Assembly (NCBI GenBank): GCA_029856435.1
Contig: JAHQXB010000085.1
Location: forward strand, 1 to 20,166
Length of the DNA: 20,166 nucleotides
Source: Candidatus Jordarchaeia archaeon
GTDB lineage: Archaea; Asgardarchaeota; Jordiarchaeia; Jordiarchaeales; Jordiarchaeaceae
Reading direction: 5' to 3'
Under the pieces are notes generated by a model, which made no database searches, was not told the DNA's origin, and saw only the letters and a list, made by a program, of their open reading frames with translations. The position numbers were made by a program, and so were the translations under genes. Shown one piece after another: positions 7,912 to 16,378 of the stretch (positions are counted from its first letter, which is position 1; every line of letters starts with the position of its first letter).

Positions 7912-9546
7912 TTAAGGTAGGTTGCGCTTGTTTGTTTTGTATGCGGTAACCGTTTTTAGTATGCGGTCATAGAGTTTTGTGAATCTTAGGATTCCCTTGC
8001 GAATTTTTCCCCTGTCATAGTCGCTGATGAATTTTTGGATGTTGTTGCCATATTCTTCTCGGCACTGGTGTATTATTTGTCCCACAAAAAGTGAGGCGAA
8101 TCCCGTGATTAGGGACAAAATTTTTCTTCTGGTTAAACTCTTCACACCGCGGTACTCACGGACAAGTGCTGGTAGCCATTTAAAGTTGTGTTCCCAACAT
8201 TCAAAAAGAAGCTCCACATGTGCTGGTGTCATGTCACTAATTGCAAAGGATTTTTCCCCGCCCAGACCGCCCATAGCCACGAAGAATAAGGGCACAATCA
8301 GACTCTTAAAATTCCTCAACATTCTAACGAGGTGAATAGTGTCCCACACATCTTCGTCAGTCTCATGTGGCAGTCCCAGAATTAGGGTTGAAACTGGAAC
8401 CCAGTAATTTTCACTCAGCACTTCAAAGGCTCGGACAACAACGTCAGGCCATTCCTCGTTGCTGAAAGGCTTGCATTTCCCATACATATGATGCTTGGCC
8501 ATTTTTGGACTCCCAGTTTCTATCCCGGTCTGTCCACTCAGCCAGTTCTTAGCATCTAAATCTAGTATATCAGATATTCCCTCAACTAGTTGGGGGGCTG
8601 CCGCCACGGAGCTTAGTGCAAAGTGACTAATCTCTATTGAGTCTACTCCCGGAAAGTTTTTGACCGCTTGGAAGAGGCTTATAACGGCCCCCTTGTTTAT
8701 GTTTAAACCTTTAGCTTTATATCTCAACACATCCTCAGCGTGGAGAAGAATACCATGGCTCCCAGACCTCAGGTTCACCTTTACTTCTTTGAGAATATAG
8801 TCGACGGGAAAACATCTGAAAAGCTTCAGGGTAGGTGTGCAGAATTTGCATCCCCTTCCACATCCCCTAGCAATTTCCACCAATCCACAAACACTAGGCC
8901 GCCTTATAAGAGGTATATCCTCTAAGGGAACAGGATCAGTATAGACAACCTCCGGAACATTCTCTCCCCTAACTGCCTTTTCAAAAAGGGGAGGCACAGC
9001 GGTGTCCCCCTCACCAACAACCACACAAGTTATTCCCAGCACTCTCCTCATTTTCCGATCCTCAAGTTGCCAGGCGCCGGGGCCCCCAACAAATATTTTT
9101 GGTTTGAACCCACTCAAACGGATTTTAAGTAGGGTGCGGAGGAACTCCCAAGCCATAAGAGGCAATCCTCCAAACAAGCCCCGGAAAGTCGTGGTTGCGG
9201 GACCAACCCCCAGAGGGTCAGTCTCAGTTATGCCCACGACCCTAGTATTGGGACCAAGAACCTGCGGTAGGTGTTCAGGACTGGTAACAATCACGTCTTT
9301 CTCATCAAAACCATATTCAAGGAGAGCAGCCTCAATCTTTCTGGTTCCATAAGGAGCCAAAACCGCCGCCCCCTCCCTATCCACATGCACAGAGGGGCTG
9401 AAAATTTTATAATAAAGGGGGGAGGGGATAAAGCCCGCTGGGACACAGGAACTGAAACCGAGAAACATACCCCCAAAGTAATTACTCATTAGAGTTCTAT
9501 CAGCAGTTAAAACAATGGGAACACCATTATGCAAGAAACGCACCAC
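7912..9546 (-). CDS. Radical SAM protein with N-terminal B12-binding-like/MiaB-type region (archaeal, function unknown)
   Basis: 544 aa, GTG start. CxxxCxxC motif (RGCGRGCKFC), VGGPGA loop, GQTGIETGS, ILGLPHET core strands. Confidence 0.88.
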   Translation of the reverse strand: MVRFLHNGVPIVLTADRTLMSNYFGGMFLGFSSCVPAGFIPSPLYYKIFSPSVHVDREGAAVLAPYGTRKIEAALLEYGFDEKDVIVTSPEHLPQVLGPNTRVVGITETDPLGVGPATTTFRGLFGGLPLMAWEFLRTLLKIRLSGFKPKIFVGGPGAWQLEDRKMRRVLGITCVVVGEGDTAVPPLFEKAVRGENVPEVVYTDPVPLEDIPLIRRPSVCGLVEIARGCGRGCKFCTPTLKLFRCFPVDYILKEVKVNLRSGSHGILLHAEDVLRYKAKGLNINKGAVISLFQAVKNFPGVDSIEISHFALSSVAAAPQLVEGISDILDLDAKNWLSGQTGIETGSPKMAKHHMYGKCKPFSNEEWPDVVVRAFEVLSENYWVPVSTLILGLPHETDEDVWDTIHLVRMLRNFKSLIVPLFFVAMGGLGGEKSFAISDMTPAHVELLFECWEHNFKWLPALVREYRGVKSLTRRKILSLITGFASLFVGQIIHQCREEYGNNIQKFISDYDRGKIRKGILRFTKLYDRILKTVTAYKTNKRNLP

Positions 9547-9883
9547 CAGAAAATTTTACCCAGCACCCCTTCATAACTCTATTTGGTGAACGCTTTTTAA
9601 TACAAGTTTCGGAGCGGAAACAAGCAAAGAGCTCCAACCCCACCTAGACAAAATAAAAATTCAAATCCGCGAAAAATAGGTTGAAACGGTTCAGTTTGAG
9701 GAAATACTTGTGTTTATACTCATATTCCTCTTCTTCAACAGTTTTCACTACCTTTTTTTCAGGTTGTAGGAGTTGAATAAGGTCCCAGTTAGAAAGGTTA
9801 ATTTGGCGGTTTATTCCAGCCTATTTTGAATTTTTTCGGTAGTGTTTTTATGGGAGTAAGCTTTTTTGTGGTTGGTGGTTTTG

Positions 9884-10552
9884 TTGTGTGAGTTTGTTGT
9901 GTCTTGGAGCGGTGGTAAAGAGAGTGCGCTGTCTCTCTACAGTGCTCTCCGTGAGGGTGTTAGGGTTTCCTATTTGGTGAGCTTTGTTTCAAGTGGTGGC
10001 AGGTCTATGTCGCATGCGCTGGACGTGAAACTGTTGAGGGCTCAGTCAGAAGCTATTGGTATTCCCCTAGTTACAAAAGAGGTTACTTGGGAGACTTATG
10101 AGCAGGGTTTTAAGGAACTGGTTAGTGAGCTGAAGACCAGAGGAATAGGGGGATGCATTTTCGGCGACGTGTGGATTGCGGAACACAGGGAGTGGACTGA
10201 GCGTGTGTGCAGAGAACTGGGAATAAAGGCCTTATCACCCCTTTTTAACAATAAACCAGAAAATCTCTTTAGGGAATTTATTGACTTGGGCTTCGAGGCG
10301 GTTGTAATTATGGTTAAAAGGGAATTTCTGGGGGATGAGTGGGTGGGACGCAAACTGGACCAAGAGTTTCTGGATGATCTGCTTAAGCACAGCAAAAAGG
10401 TGGACATCTTAGGAGAGTTGGGAGAGTATCACACGTTTGTCTATGACGGTCCAATATTCAAAAAAAGAATCAAAATTTTGGAATATAGAAAAGTCCCTAG
10501 AAACGGTTACACTTACTTGGATATTACTAAATTTAAGCTCATTGAAAAGTAA
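9884..10552 (+). CDS. Diphthine-ammonia ligase (Dph6)/MJ0570-like PP-loop ATP pyrophosphatase
   Basis: SWSGGKES PP-loop, MSH, AQSEAIGIP, FGDV, PLF, GELGEYHTFVYDGPIF. Start moved to TTG 9884 because GGTGG is at 9874-9878; the ORF track uses 9866. Confidence 0.88.
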   Translation: MCEFVVSWSGGKESALSLYSALREGVRVSYLVSFVSSGGRSMSHALDVKLLRAQSEAIGIPLVTKEVTWETYEQGFKELVSELKTRGIGGCIFGDVWIAEHREWTERVCRELGIKALSPLFNNKPENLFREFIDLGFEAVVIMVKREFLGDEWVGRKLDQEFLDDLLKHSKKVDILGELGEYHTFVYDGPIFKKRIKILEYRKVPRNGYTYLDITKFKLIEK

Positions 10553-10562
10553 AAGGGATCAA

Positions 10563-10635
10563 TCTCCCCTTGAAAAAGTATTGAGGAAGATAATAGACCG
10601 ATTAAAGATCAAGGGGAGAGGGTGATGCCTTTTTA
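10563..10635 (+). terminator. Stem-loop with downstream T-run after the PP-loop gene
   Basis: Perfect 11 bp inverted repeat TCTCCCCTTGA (10563-10573)/TCAAGGGGAGA (10609-10619), 35 nt loop, 10 nt after the stop, followed by CTTTTTAGTTT. Confidence 0.4.
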
Positions 10636-10914
10636 GTTTAAACGAAAATTTATTTAAAAATGATTATTAGGGGAGTACCCTGGAGAGGAAATCGCTTACC
10701 GAGTCTTTTTTAGGCTGAAAATGGGGGATGTATATCTCGGACTCCAATTGCAGAAATTAATGAATCTATAAAGAAATGCTCCTTTACCCTCCCATTAAAG
10801 CTTCCTTAAAGTTGGGAATTTAAAGGTTCAGAGCCCCTCCATTTAAGGTGGTAATGCTTTTATAGTGATTGGAAACTATTGTTTTGTATTCTACTAATGG
10901 TCGGTGGTAGGGTG

Positions 10915-12411
10915 TTGAATAGGGCTTCGATATCGGTTTTTCCGGTGAAAATTTTGGGAGAAGTGGATCCGCGGATTTATGGTCACTTCATTGAACACTT
11001 GGGTAGGTGTATCTATGGGGGAATCTGGGACACAGAGAAAGACACCCTCAACGAGAATGTTATTAGTAGCATTATGGATTTGAAGCCGCCGGTTATAAGA
11101 TGGCCAGGCGGATGTTTCTCGGACAATTATCACTGGATGGACGGGGTAGGCCCCGTGGATGAGAGACCTACAAGAGATAACATGCCTTGGAGTTTGCTGG
11201 GTCCAGAATATGGTCCATCGGAGACCAACAGATTTGGCACCGATGAGTTCATAGATTTCTGTAGAAGGGTGGGGGCGGAGCCTTACATTAACGTTAATGT
11301 GGGTTCTGGCACCCCCGAGGAAGCGGCAAACTGGGTAGAATACTGCAACGGCTCCCACAATAGTAGATTTGGCTCCCTAAGGGCTAAATATGGACACTTA
11401 AGGAAGCACAGCGTTAAATATTGGGGCATTGGAAACGAGCTATACGGGCCCTGGGAAACGGGACACATGAGCGCTGAGGAGTACGCGGAAAAGTTTATCG
11501 AGTACCATGATGCAATGAAGAGTGTTGACCCTGAAATCGAACTGGTGGCCGTGGGGGCGGATCAAAGGTTTCCCAACTGGACAAGAACAGTTCTCCAAAG
11601 AGCGGGAAAATACATTGACTACCTATCCATTCATTTCTACTTCACTGGGATTTTTCCCGAGGAGGGTGGAGGTGAAATTAGGGAGGATATCAAATCCTAC
11701 CAGCGAATCATAGCCTCATCATTCCTGCTCCAAGAAATATTGAAGTGGGTGAGGGAAACCATCAACTCCATCATGGGCAATAATAACAAGATAAAAATAG
11801 CAGTTGATGAGTGGAACCTGTGGTGGGACACAAAACAACTACTATCTGCAAACTATTCCCTGAGGGACGGGTTGTGGGCGGCCTCAGTTCTGAACAAGTT
11901 TATTAAAATGGCGAATGTAGTGAAGATGGCAAACATTGCCCAACTGGTCAACACCATTGGAATAATCCAAACAATGGATGGAAACGTTTTTCACACCGCC
12001 ACATATGAGGTCATAAAGCTCTACAGGGAAAACACCCAAGACTACGCGATAAGCGCAGAAGTTTCATCCCCAAAATTCTCATTCGAACCCCTGGGAATAT
12101 TAAAAGAGAAAAGGGAAGTACCCTGCCTAGACTGCTCGGCAACCATAAGCAAAGACGGCAAAAGATTAACCGTATTCTTGGTAAACTTCAACCATAAAGA
12201 CGAATTACCCATAGAGCTGGAAGTACCTAGACTTAGAACCTACCAGAAAATACTAATCAAGGAAATCAACGCCCCAGACATACACTCCAAGAACAACTTC
12301 CAAAAAAAAGAAATAAACCAAAAACAAAGAGAATTCACACAACTACCAGAAAAAATCGAGTACAATCTCCCCGCACACTCAATCTCCGCAATTATAGTAA
12401 CCAAAGACTAA
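10915..12411 (+). CDS. abfA: Alpha-L-arabinofuranosidase, glycoside hydrolase family 51
   Basis: YGHFIEHLGRCIYGGIW, RWPGGCF, WGIGNE (acid/base Glu), DEWNLW (nucleophile Glu), ANIAQLVN, C-terminal beta-sandwich ending LPAHSIS. Start set at TTG 10915 after GGTGG; the ORF track uses 10879. No signal peptide. Confidence 0.92.
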   Translation: MNRASISVFPVKILGEVDPRIYGHFIEHLGRCIYGGIWDTEKDTLNENVISSIMDLKPPVIRWPGGCFSDNYHWMDGVGPVDERPTRDNMPWSLLGPEYGPSETNRFGTDEFIDFCRRVGAEPYINVNVGSGTPEEAANWVEYCNGSHNSRFGSLRAKYGHLRKHSVKYWGIGNELYGPWETGHMSAEEYAEKFIEYHDAMKSVDPEIELVAVGADQRFPNWTRTVLQRAGKYIDYLSIHFYFTGIFPEEGGGEIREDIKSYQRIIASSFLLQEILKWVRETINSIMGNNNKIKIAVDEWNLWWDTKQLLSANYSLRDGLWAASVLNKFIKMANVVKMANIAQLVNTIGIIQTMDGNVFHTATYEVIKLYRENTQDYAISAEVSSPKFSFEPLGILKEKREVPCLDCSATISKDGKRLTVFLVNFNHKDELPIELEVPRLRTYQKILIKEINAPDIHSKNNFQKKEINQKQREFTQLPEKIEYNLPAHSISAIIVTKD

Positions 12412-12457
12412 AACCCCATCAACCAACCCAAACCCTAAAAAATGAGGGACGAAAATT

Positions 12458-13384
12458 TTGAGGGAAGACATTTTAAACGAAACATTCGATGACACATTCC
12501 CCTTTAAACCCCACTTCAAAACTATTAACGGCTTCAGAATGCACTATGTCGATGAGGGAAAGGGAGAACCCATAGTCTGCCTTCACGGGGAACCCACTTG
12601 GGGATACCTTTACCGCAACTTTATCCCTCCCCTATCCAAAACTCACCGCGTAATAGTTCCCGACCATATGGGATTCGGAAAAAGCGATGTACCCCAAGAC
12701 AAACCCTACACTCTAGCCCAACACATAGACAACCTCACCAAACTCCTCCTTGAACTAGACCTAAAGGACATAACTCTGGTGGGACAGGACTGGGGCGGAC
12801 CAATCATGTTCGGCTTTGCGGTAAACCATCCCCAAAGGGTGAAGAGGCTGGTGATAATGAACACCGCAGTGGGAGTTATGCCAGAGGGTTCCCGCACCTG
12901 GGTTACCAACATGGAGGAGCAGGGTACCTACGACGGATTTTTCGAAAATCTGAGAGAAACACTACCCATACTACTTAAGAGGGGTGGAGTGGGCAAGGAC
13001 ACCAAGGTTACTGACACCATGATTCGAGCCTATACCGCCCCCTTCCCTGATAAAGCTTCAACCAGGGGCGCAAAGGCTTTTCCACGTGACATCCCTGTGG
13101 GAATGAAACATCCAAGCGCCAAAGTAATGAAGGACATCCTAGATAAACTGCATATTCTACGAGACAAGCCCAAGATAATTATTTGGGGTTTGCAAGACCC
13201 CGTTTTTCCGAGAAGCACTATAGATTGGTGGCTTAAAATTTATCCTGGAACAAGGGTTTACGAGTTACCTGAAGCTAGTCACTTCCTACAGGAAGACGCA
13301 CCAGAAAAAATAGTTAAAATCATCCAAGAATTCCTTGGAGTAAAAAATGAAAAGCTCAAAAAAACCACTTGGCTCACCGGTTGA
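12458..13384 (+). CDS. Haloalkane dehalogenase-like alpha/beta hydrolase (HLD-I-type motifs)
   Basis: HGEPTWGYLYR, PDHMGFGKSD, QDWGG (Asp nucleophile plus halide-binding Trp), WGLQD (acid) and ASHFLQED (His base). TTG start after GAGGGA. Confidence 0.88.
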   Translation: MREDILNETFDDTFPFKPHFKTINGFRMHYVDEGKGEPIVCLHGEPTWGYLYRNFIPPLSKTHRVIVPDHMGFGKSDVPQDKPYTLAQHIDNLTKLLLELDLKDITLVGQDWGGPIMFGFAVNHPQRVKRLVIMNTAVGVMPEGSRTWVTNMEEQGTYDGFFENLRETLPILLKRGGVGKDTKVTDTMIRAYTAPFPDKASTRGAKAFPRDIPVGMKHPSAKVMKDILDKLHILRDKPKIIIWGLQDPVFPRSTIDWWLKIYPGTRVYELPEASHFLQEDAPEKIVKIIQEFLGVKNEKLKKTTWLTG

Positions 13385-13418
13385 CCGTTTGTCATTTTTC
13401 TCGTGGAGAGTGCCTCCT

Positions 13419-13501
13419 CGCAGAATTTTATTTTTTTTCACTTTTTAATCAATTTAGATGAACTTTTTGCAATTTTCATGGTGAAATTTGAAAAATTTTC
13501 A
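13419..13501 (-). repeat. Dispersed intergenic repeat, copy 2
   Basis: Reverse complement matches 7601-7682 at 68/84 columns. Begins 35 nt after the dehalogenase stop and is T-rich on the + strand, so it may double as a terminator. Confidence 0.7.
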
Positions 13502-13616
13502 GAATAAAGGGTTGAAAATGGAGGAGGAAGTTGGCAATGGAACTGGTTGAAGGTATCCTATTTGTTTCATCAGTGATAGTTTCATCGCCCTTTTTGGTTA
13601 TTTAATTCTTTTGGGT

Positions 13617-15773
13617 CTATTTGGCTATTTTTAGTGTTGGGAGGCCGTAGAGGTTGAATGTCGCCCAGAGTGTTCCAGGATATCTTTGTTTCAATTCCTT
13701 TTTGATTTCCCTCATCATTGTGCCTAGTGTTTCCTCGCCGGGAATAATTTTTTCGTAGAATTTCATGGCTACTTCTGAGGCTAGGTCCTCCGGTATTTCC
13801 CAAAGTGGTGCAATAACCGCTGCGGCTCCCCCGGTGAGAAAGGTTTTTGCTATGGCTGCAGTTCCTACGAATCTTTTGGCTCCGGTTCCCTTCCTCTCCC
13901 TAGTTTCCTCATGGAGATCTGCGAATATTATTGGGTTCCCTTCGATGTGGATTTTTTCAATTTCGTCCATTTCCATTGTGGCGTCGCTTAACACCAGCTT
14001 TGTTCTGGTGGGCTGCTGCTCATCGAATATCACTGAACATCGAATGTGGATTACATCTACCCCTTCGGATAGCGCCTTTTTGAAGCCGTCTCTATCTCCC
14101 TTTTCCGTTCCTGCCAGAATCAGTTCGCTTGCCTGTGCCCTCTTTAGGAATTCCTTCTCGCGGGTTGCCGTTTCTTTTCTGGTTTCTGCTGCCACCAGTT
14201 TTATTCTCAGTTTTTCTGCTCCCATTCTGGGTGGAGGTGTTCTATAGTCTAAGTTTTCGCTGAGGGTAATTTTTCCCAAGCAATGCTTGAGGCATAGGAA
14301 ATCTTCTTCGTCATAAGCTAGTTCAAAAGGAACGAAGAGATCCTCTGTCGCTAATATTAAGTGTCTGGGGTTCAGATATTTTATGGAATCCCTTATCCCT
14401 TTGGGAATCAGGCTGTATGCTTTTCTACCTATTTCGGTGAGAATGGTCGATACTCTCTGCGGTTGCTCCTTGTCAAAGGCAATATTCCTCATATGTAGTA
14501 GAAGTCTCTCTGCAGTGGTGGGGTCTATCTCACTTGAGCCGAAAAATTCGCCCCTTTGAACCAGTTCTTCAGCATGCCTAGTGAAAAGGTGGAAATATAA
14601 CCTGTTTTGGAAATGGTGAATCCTAAGTGTTGCATCCAAATCCACGTCCGGGTAAAGGGATAACTCAACTTTTCTCTTTGTTTCTAGGGCTTCTTCAGGT
14701 GTCTCCTTAACGAAAACATCTGCCACAACACGTTGCAAAATTACTCCTTGGAAGTAAAATTCCACAAAGAGTTTATGCCTACCCAACCTGCGGGGAGTAA
14801 GCCTAACTTGCAGTGTTCTCGTTTCCCCATCAATGGGCACTGAGATTTTCCTCCGAGGCTCACCAACATCAAAATTGGGAGCCAAAACCAGAACCTCAAT
14901 ATAAGTCCCCCTAATCTTTTCTACAATACCTTTAAAGGCTTCGGGTCGTCCAAAGAAGGTAATTTCCCCTTCCAGAACAAGGTTTAGAGCCTGCTCCTTA
15001 CCCATTTCCATAAATTCTCTATACGTGATTATCATATTACTCCTTAGCCCTTCCCCAAGCACTTTTTGGGGGATCCAAACCTTCTCCCTAGCTACTTTAG
15101 GCTCCGCAGCAAGTCTCTCACCGCTCTCTTCCCTCCACTTGCCAACCTCCTTCTGGTAGCGCTCAGTCTGTGGTTTTACCTCCACACCACCCACAATTTG
15201 AACTTCAAACTTTTGACTCAACTCCTTTATTTTGCTCTCCAACTTAAGAGTGTGGGGTAAATCCAGATTTTTTCCCAGCTCGAGGGCACCTTCATAATAT
15301 TTTAGGGCCTTTTTCCAGTCTCCCCCTTCCTCGTAGACCTGCCCCAAATATATTTGGATATTTGCTGAACTCTTTTTATCCCCTAACTTTTCAAATAGGC
15401 TGTGCACCCGTTCCAAGTGGCTAATGGCCCGTTCATAGTTGCGACTCTTTGCTAAATAGGTGACCAAAAGGTTAGTGTCGCTAAGAATCTCTTCCTCGTT
15501 TTTTCTCCTAATCTGGATTTCCAAATCTCTCTCAAAATATTCGGCGGCTCTGTCCCACTTTCCAAGAAAACCCTGAATCTTCCCCAAGGCTTTCAAGCAG
15601 AGGCTAACCTCAACCTCAGAACCTACCCTCCCAAAAACATCTAAAGCCCTTTCAAAGCGCAGCAACGCTTCATCCCAATCCTCCCGCTCAACCAAATCCA
15701 AGCCCCTTTCATAAAGAAATAAGCCCGTCTCCAACTCCAGTTCAGAAGAAGACAAGGTCAACCCGCTCCTCAC
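13617..15773 (-). CDS. TPR-repeat protein with central beta-sandwich region and C-terminal CHAT (caspase-like) domain lacking the canonical dyad
   Basis: N-terminal ~4 TPR-like units (A...FERALDVF, LGKIQGFLGKWDRAAEYFE, LGQVYEEGGDWKKALKYYEGALEL). CHAT hallmarks LFVPFEL, FLCLKH, AKTFLTGGAAAVIAPLWEI, FYEK, WATFNLYG.P. Start could be GTG 15773 or TTG 15761/15755. Confidence 0.87.
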   Translation of the reverse strand: MRSGLTLSSSELELETGLFLYERGLDLVEREDWDEALLRFERALDVFGRVGSEVEVSLCLKALGKIQGFLGKWDRAAEYFERDLEIQIRRKNEEEILSDTNLLVTYLAKSRNYERAISHLERVHSLFEKLGDKKSSANIQIYLGQVYEEGGDWKKALKYYEGALELGKNLDLPHTLKLESKIKELSQKFEVQIVGGVEVKPQTERYQKEVGKWREESGERLAAEPKVAREKVWIPQKVLGEGLRSNMIITYREFMEMGKEQALNLVLEGEITFFGRPEAFKGIVEKIRGTYIEVLVLAPNFDVGEPRRKISVPIDGETRTLQVRLTPRRLGRHKLFVEFYFQGVILQRVVADVFVKETPEEALETKRKVELSLYPDVDLDATLRIHHFQNRLYFHLFTRHAEELVQRGEFFGSSEIDPTTAERLLLHMRNIAFDKEQPQRVSTILTEIGRKAYSLIPKGIRDSIKYLNPRHLILATEDLFVPFELAYDEEDFLCLKHCLGKITLSENLDYRTPPPRMGAEKLRIKLVAAETRKETATREKEFLKRAQASELILAGTEKGDRDGFKKALSEGVDVIHIRCSVIFDEQQPTRTKLVLSDATMEMDEIEKIHIEGNPIIFADLHEETRERKGTGAKRFVGTAAIAKTFLTGGAAAVIAPLWEIPEDLASEVAMKFYEKIIPGEETLGTMMREIKKELKQRYPGTLWATFNLYGLPTLKIAK

Positions 15774-15805
15774 AAATAAGTCCTAGTGCTTATTAATTTA
15801 CTAAA

Positions 15806-15813
15806 TATTTAAA
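15806..15813 (-). promoter_or_regulatory. TATA-like box (TTTAAATA) for the TPR-CHAT gene
   Basis: Reads TTTAAATA on the minus strand ~33 nt before the GTG at 15773; position fits an archaeal promoter. Confidence 0.35.
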
Positions 15814-15864
15814 ACTATTCCCCTCACTAATAAATATAAACTATATATAAGACAGCACAGTAAA

Positions 15865-15888
15865 ATAGTAAAGGAAAATTTTTACTAT
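15865..15888. promoter_or_regulatory. Palindromic operator-like site ATAGTAAA-N8-TTTACTAT
   Basis: Perfect 8 bp inverted repeat with 8 nt spacer ~50 nt upstream of the TATA-like box; AT-rich, so it could be chance. Confidence 0.3.
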
Positions 15889-15958
15889 ACCTAATTTTCA
15901 CTAAGGAAATTAATAAGTGCATTTTTGGATAGGTTCACCCATCAGTCTATTTCTCGCA

Positions 15959-16283
15959 TAACCTCGGAGGAATGAGGAATAAGACACAATTTCTTGCACG
16001 TGTCTAAGTCAGATTATGAGGGTTAATCTGGCTTTAAAGGCTCCCTTTTCCGAAAAGGAGTGTTATTACCCATATGTTTAAACAATACTCCGGGGGCTGA
16101 ATTTTTGTGGTGTGAGCTTGCCTTAGCCTGTCTCTGCATCCCTTCCTACCTCCATTTTTTACAAAAAGGTGTTAAAAAAAGATGGGGAGATGGTTTCCTT
16201 CAGGCCAGCCACAAAAACAGATCCCTACAGGTAGGAGTGCTGCCTAAACATATGGTTATTACAGTTTCTTTTCTTGGAGGTTA
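15959..16283. ncRNA. Candidate structured non-coding element (unclassified ncRNA, cis-element or MITE-like fold-back)
   Basis: Nested inverted repeats 16070-16080/16245-16255, 16087-16091/16234-16238, 16102-16110/16209-16217, 16126-16130/16201-16205 and 16131-16140/16181-16190, plus hairpins at 15982-16005, 16008-16032 and 16041-16060 and a 7 bp closing pair 15959-15965/16277-16283. Confidence 0.5.
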
Positions 16284-16378
16284 ACGTTCACCAAAAAAGG
16301 CCTAAATAGAACCTCTTTTGGGGTTAGTTCTACTACCCGTTAAGTGGTCACGAAAAATAAAAGTGTTTCAGGTTGTAT

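Noticed and set aside
10795-10825. Three TTAAAG direct repeats upstream of GH51
   Set aside because: Short AT-rich hexamer with uneven spacing (11 and 14 nt); expected by chance in this spacer.
16039-16060. Moco/tungsten-cofactor riboswitch call from GGCTCCCTTTTCCGAAAAGGAG (and 30-51)
   Set aside because: Resembles only the 3' tail; the 5' CUCCGAG and a properly spaced CCUAAG/UAUGG receptor are absent, and no molybdenum-related gene follows.
16070-16255. SECIS or SRP RNA interpretation of the long hairpin
   Set aside because: The upstream C-GCAxxG-C-C gene has all cysteines and no in-frame TGA, so no SECIS is needed; the SRP helix 8 CAGG-GGAA-AGCA motif is absent.
16060-16284. 74 aa ORF across the long hairpin
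   Set aside because: No recognisable motif or convincing SD; the extensive base-pairing better explains the sequence, though translation is not excluded.
15933-16292. GTTCACC direct repeat (15933-15939, 16286-16292) as a target-site duplication around the structured element
   Set aside because: A single 7-mer pair with no terminal inverted repeat abutting it; cannot be told from chance without an empty site.
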